DNA of 62,611 nt, filler included, from Sphacelaria rigidula (taxonomy: Eukaryota), in NCBI GenBank assembly GCA_964200075.2. It is 4 parts of 4 records of this genome, joined end to end, with 100 filler letters (N's around TTAATTAATTAA, not from the genome) between each part and the next. Parts side by side here need not be neighbours in the genome. Positions count along the whole stretch, not along the records: positions 47,042 to 62,611 come from CAXNAA020001694.1; 3 more parts are not named here. The stretch is one strand, 5' to 3'. Below are positions 62,179 through 62,611 of this stretch, piece after piece. Numbering within the stretch: the first letter of the stretch is position 1; the number at the start of each line of letters is the position of its first letter. Position numbers and translations under genes: made by a program. The notes beneath the pieces are model-generated. The model was not told where the DNA came from and searched no databases. It was given only the letters and a program-made list of their open reading frames with translations.

Positions 62179-62611
62179 GAAACAAGGAGGGTATGGCATG
62201 CACTTGTTTGCGTGACTGCAGTAGTCCTGTTCTGGTTTCTGCGTGGGGACTTCTGCTCATGCTACGTGTATCCGCACCCCCGTAGTCGAACGGGTACATT
62301 TCACGTCGGTTTGAGCGGAAGGTTGGGGGGACGAATTCCGACATATTCGTTCGTGATCTAGGAAAGCATCCATAATCGTTTCCGTCGCCGAAAACCTGAG
62401 AACGTCAGCAGCAAAGACATTGCGTTTTCGGGAGAGTCGACACGGTGCGCGGGCGCTGATCAAATACGCTGCATCAGAATATTAGATAGGCACCAGGGGC
62501 GAGATGAGTACGCCCCTTTAGGCCACGGACGCGAGACACTTTCTACGATAGCCCCCCCCCAAAAAAGTGCATGGTTTTGGGAGGCAAAATCGTCACGTAA
62601 ATCGAAATGGG

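Overview
Eukaryotic, repeat-rich genomic DNA. A brown alga or other stramenopile is inferred from the 0.4-1.8 kb GT-AG introns, balanced GC content, TTAGGG motifs and repeat landscape; this is not proven. The window is not one locus. It is four contigs (1-15582, 15683-31262, 31363-46941, 47042-62611; lengths 15582, 15580, 15579 and 15570) sorted by size and joined by artificial N44-TTAATTAATTAA-N44 spacers. Contig 1 holds a spliced FGE/sulfatase-modifying-factor gene (5 exons resolved, 5' end unresolved) that lacks the catalytic cysteines and resembles the inactive paralogue SUMF2/pFGE. Contigs 1-3 are otherwise nested transposon debris: non-autonomous hAT elements, PIF/Harbinger MITEs and a transposase fragment, piggyBac-like MITEs, CAC-ended TIR elements, copia and gypsy remnants, a tRNA-derived SINE with a (CA)n tail, and a MITE carrying telomeric repeats. 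Contig 3 also has the probable first exon of a membrane-protein gene. Contig 4 is dominated by a ~13.6 kb non-coding satellite of ~160-164 bp monomers. It has two domains, higher-order repeats at 326/327, 979 and 2731 bp, and a conserved internal dyad, which makes it a candidate centromere-type or structural satellite.
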